A stretch of 20,000 bases of DNA. Source: Malacoraja senta. Lineage: Eukaryota. The DNA lies in contig JAXLNO010000384.1 in NCBI GenBank assembly GCA_038087875.1, positions 122,941 to 142,940 of the forward strand, given 5' to 3'. Under the pieces are notes generated by a model. That model had not been told where the DNA came from. It saw only the letters and a list, made by a program, of their open reading frames with translations, and searched no databases. This document shows positions 19,271 to 20,000 of the stretch, one piece after another. Position 1 is the first letter of the stretch. The number at the start of each line of letters is the position of its first letter. The position numbers and the translations under genes were made by a program.

Positions 19271-19401
19271 TGAAGCTCAGCCCCTCGAAGCTCAGCCCAC
19301 ACACCGAGCAGATGGGGGTGGGGTGGTCTCACCGGCACCCTGGCCGCCCTCAATGGCCGCTCACGTCCGCGTCTCTCCGTCCACAGCGACGGCTCCTAAA
19401 C

Positions 19402-19430
19402 CTGCAGGATGGGAACACAGAGGGACAACA
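19402..19430 (-). promoter_or_regulatory. Putative splice acceptor for the zinc-finger exon
   Basis: Minus strand reads TGTTGTCCCTCTGTGTTCCCATCCTGCAG|GTTTAGG: pyrimidine tract plus CAG, 130 bp upstream of the ATG, at the boundary of the GC-rich exon. Confidence 0.65.
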
Positions 19431-19503
19431 AGCTGGCAAACAGGACATTACTAGCACATATTGGGTGCATTTATGGCGGGAGGAAACCGTTATATAATTC
19501 TGC

Positions 19504-19816
19504 GCGGTACAGGGGCACAGCGGTACAGTTGCTACCTCACCGCCAGAGACCCAGGCTCGATCCTGACTACGGGTACTGTCTGTGCGGAGTTTGTACGTTC
19601 TCCCCTTGACCTGCGTGGGTTTTTTACTCCGGGTGCTCCGGTTTCCTCCAACATTTCAAAGATGTTCATGGTTGTAGATTAATCGGCCTCCGCAAATTGT
19701 TAAATTGTCCCTGATGTGCGTAGGATAGTGCTAGTGTACGGGGTGATCGCTGGTCGGCGCGGAGTCCGTGGGCCGAAAGACTTGTTTCCGCGCTGCATCT
19801 CTAAACTAAACTAAAC
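19504..19816 (+). mobile_element. tRNA-derived V-SINE (HE1-like)
   Basis: Box A-like GGCACAGCGG, box B-like GGCTCGATCC, V-SINE core GGAGTTTGTACGTTCTCCCC...GCGTGGGTT...CTCCGGGTGCTCCGGTTTCCTCC, CR1-like 3' end TGGGCCGAA...TGTTTCCGCGCTG, and a (CTAAA)n tail. Confidence 0.88.
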
Positions 19817-19819
19817 AAA

Positions 19820-19897
19820 AGAAGGGTCTCGACCCAAAATGTCACCCATTCCTTCACTCCGCAGATGCTGCCTGAGCCGCTGAGTTATTCCAGCACT
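19820..19897 (+). mobile_element. Penelope-like terminal fragment
   Basis: GAAGGGTCTCGACCCAAAATGTCACC...AGATGCTGCCTGAGCCGCTGAGTTATTCCAGCACT. Confidence 0.78.
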
Positions 19898-20000
19898 CTC
19901 TCTCTCTGTCCTCTCTCTGCATCTCTCTCTTTTTCTGTCTCTCGCTCTCTTTCTCTGTCTGTCTCTCCTCTCTCTCTCTGTCCCTCTCGTCCCTCTCTCT
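19896..20000. repeat. (CT)n-rich simple repeat
   Basis: Directly visible. Confidence 0.93.

Noticed and set aside
17434..19273. Plus-strand Ala/Gly/Val-rich ORFs and alternative minus-frame Pro/Ala ORFs
   Set aside because: They are antisense or off-frame shadows of the GC-rich zinc-finger repeats.
19504..19570. tRNA gene
   Set aside because: A/B-box-like motifs run directly into a V-SINE core and tail, so this is a SINE head.

Overview
This is eukaryotic (vertebrate) repeat-dominated DNA, most likely from a cartilaginous fish. That assignment is an inference from an HE1-like tRNA/V-SINE, HER1-like CR1 LINEs and abundant Penelope-like termini. Bases 1-9840 contain three copies of one composite unit (CR1 3' end + internally deleted Penelope-like fragment + 55-bp repeat + unique DNA + 66-bp repeat) in +/-/+ orientation, with a Rex1/Babar LINE fragment between copies 1 and 2. 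The CR1 of the inverted copy carries two Penelope-like insertions with clear target-site duplications. One is a near-perfect 1.1-kb palindrome (two 540-bp arms) encoding a GIY-YIG endonuclease domain on both strands. Penelope termini throughout carry a minimal hammerhead-ribozyme-like motif. The right half holds an L2 LINE 3' end, several minisatellites and microsatellites, further CR1 fragments, a frameshifted multi-C2H2 zinc-finger gene on the minus strand, and a SINE. No intact autonomous element and no clearly novel protein-coding system is visible. The notable features are structural.
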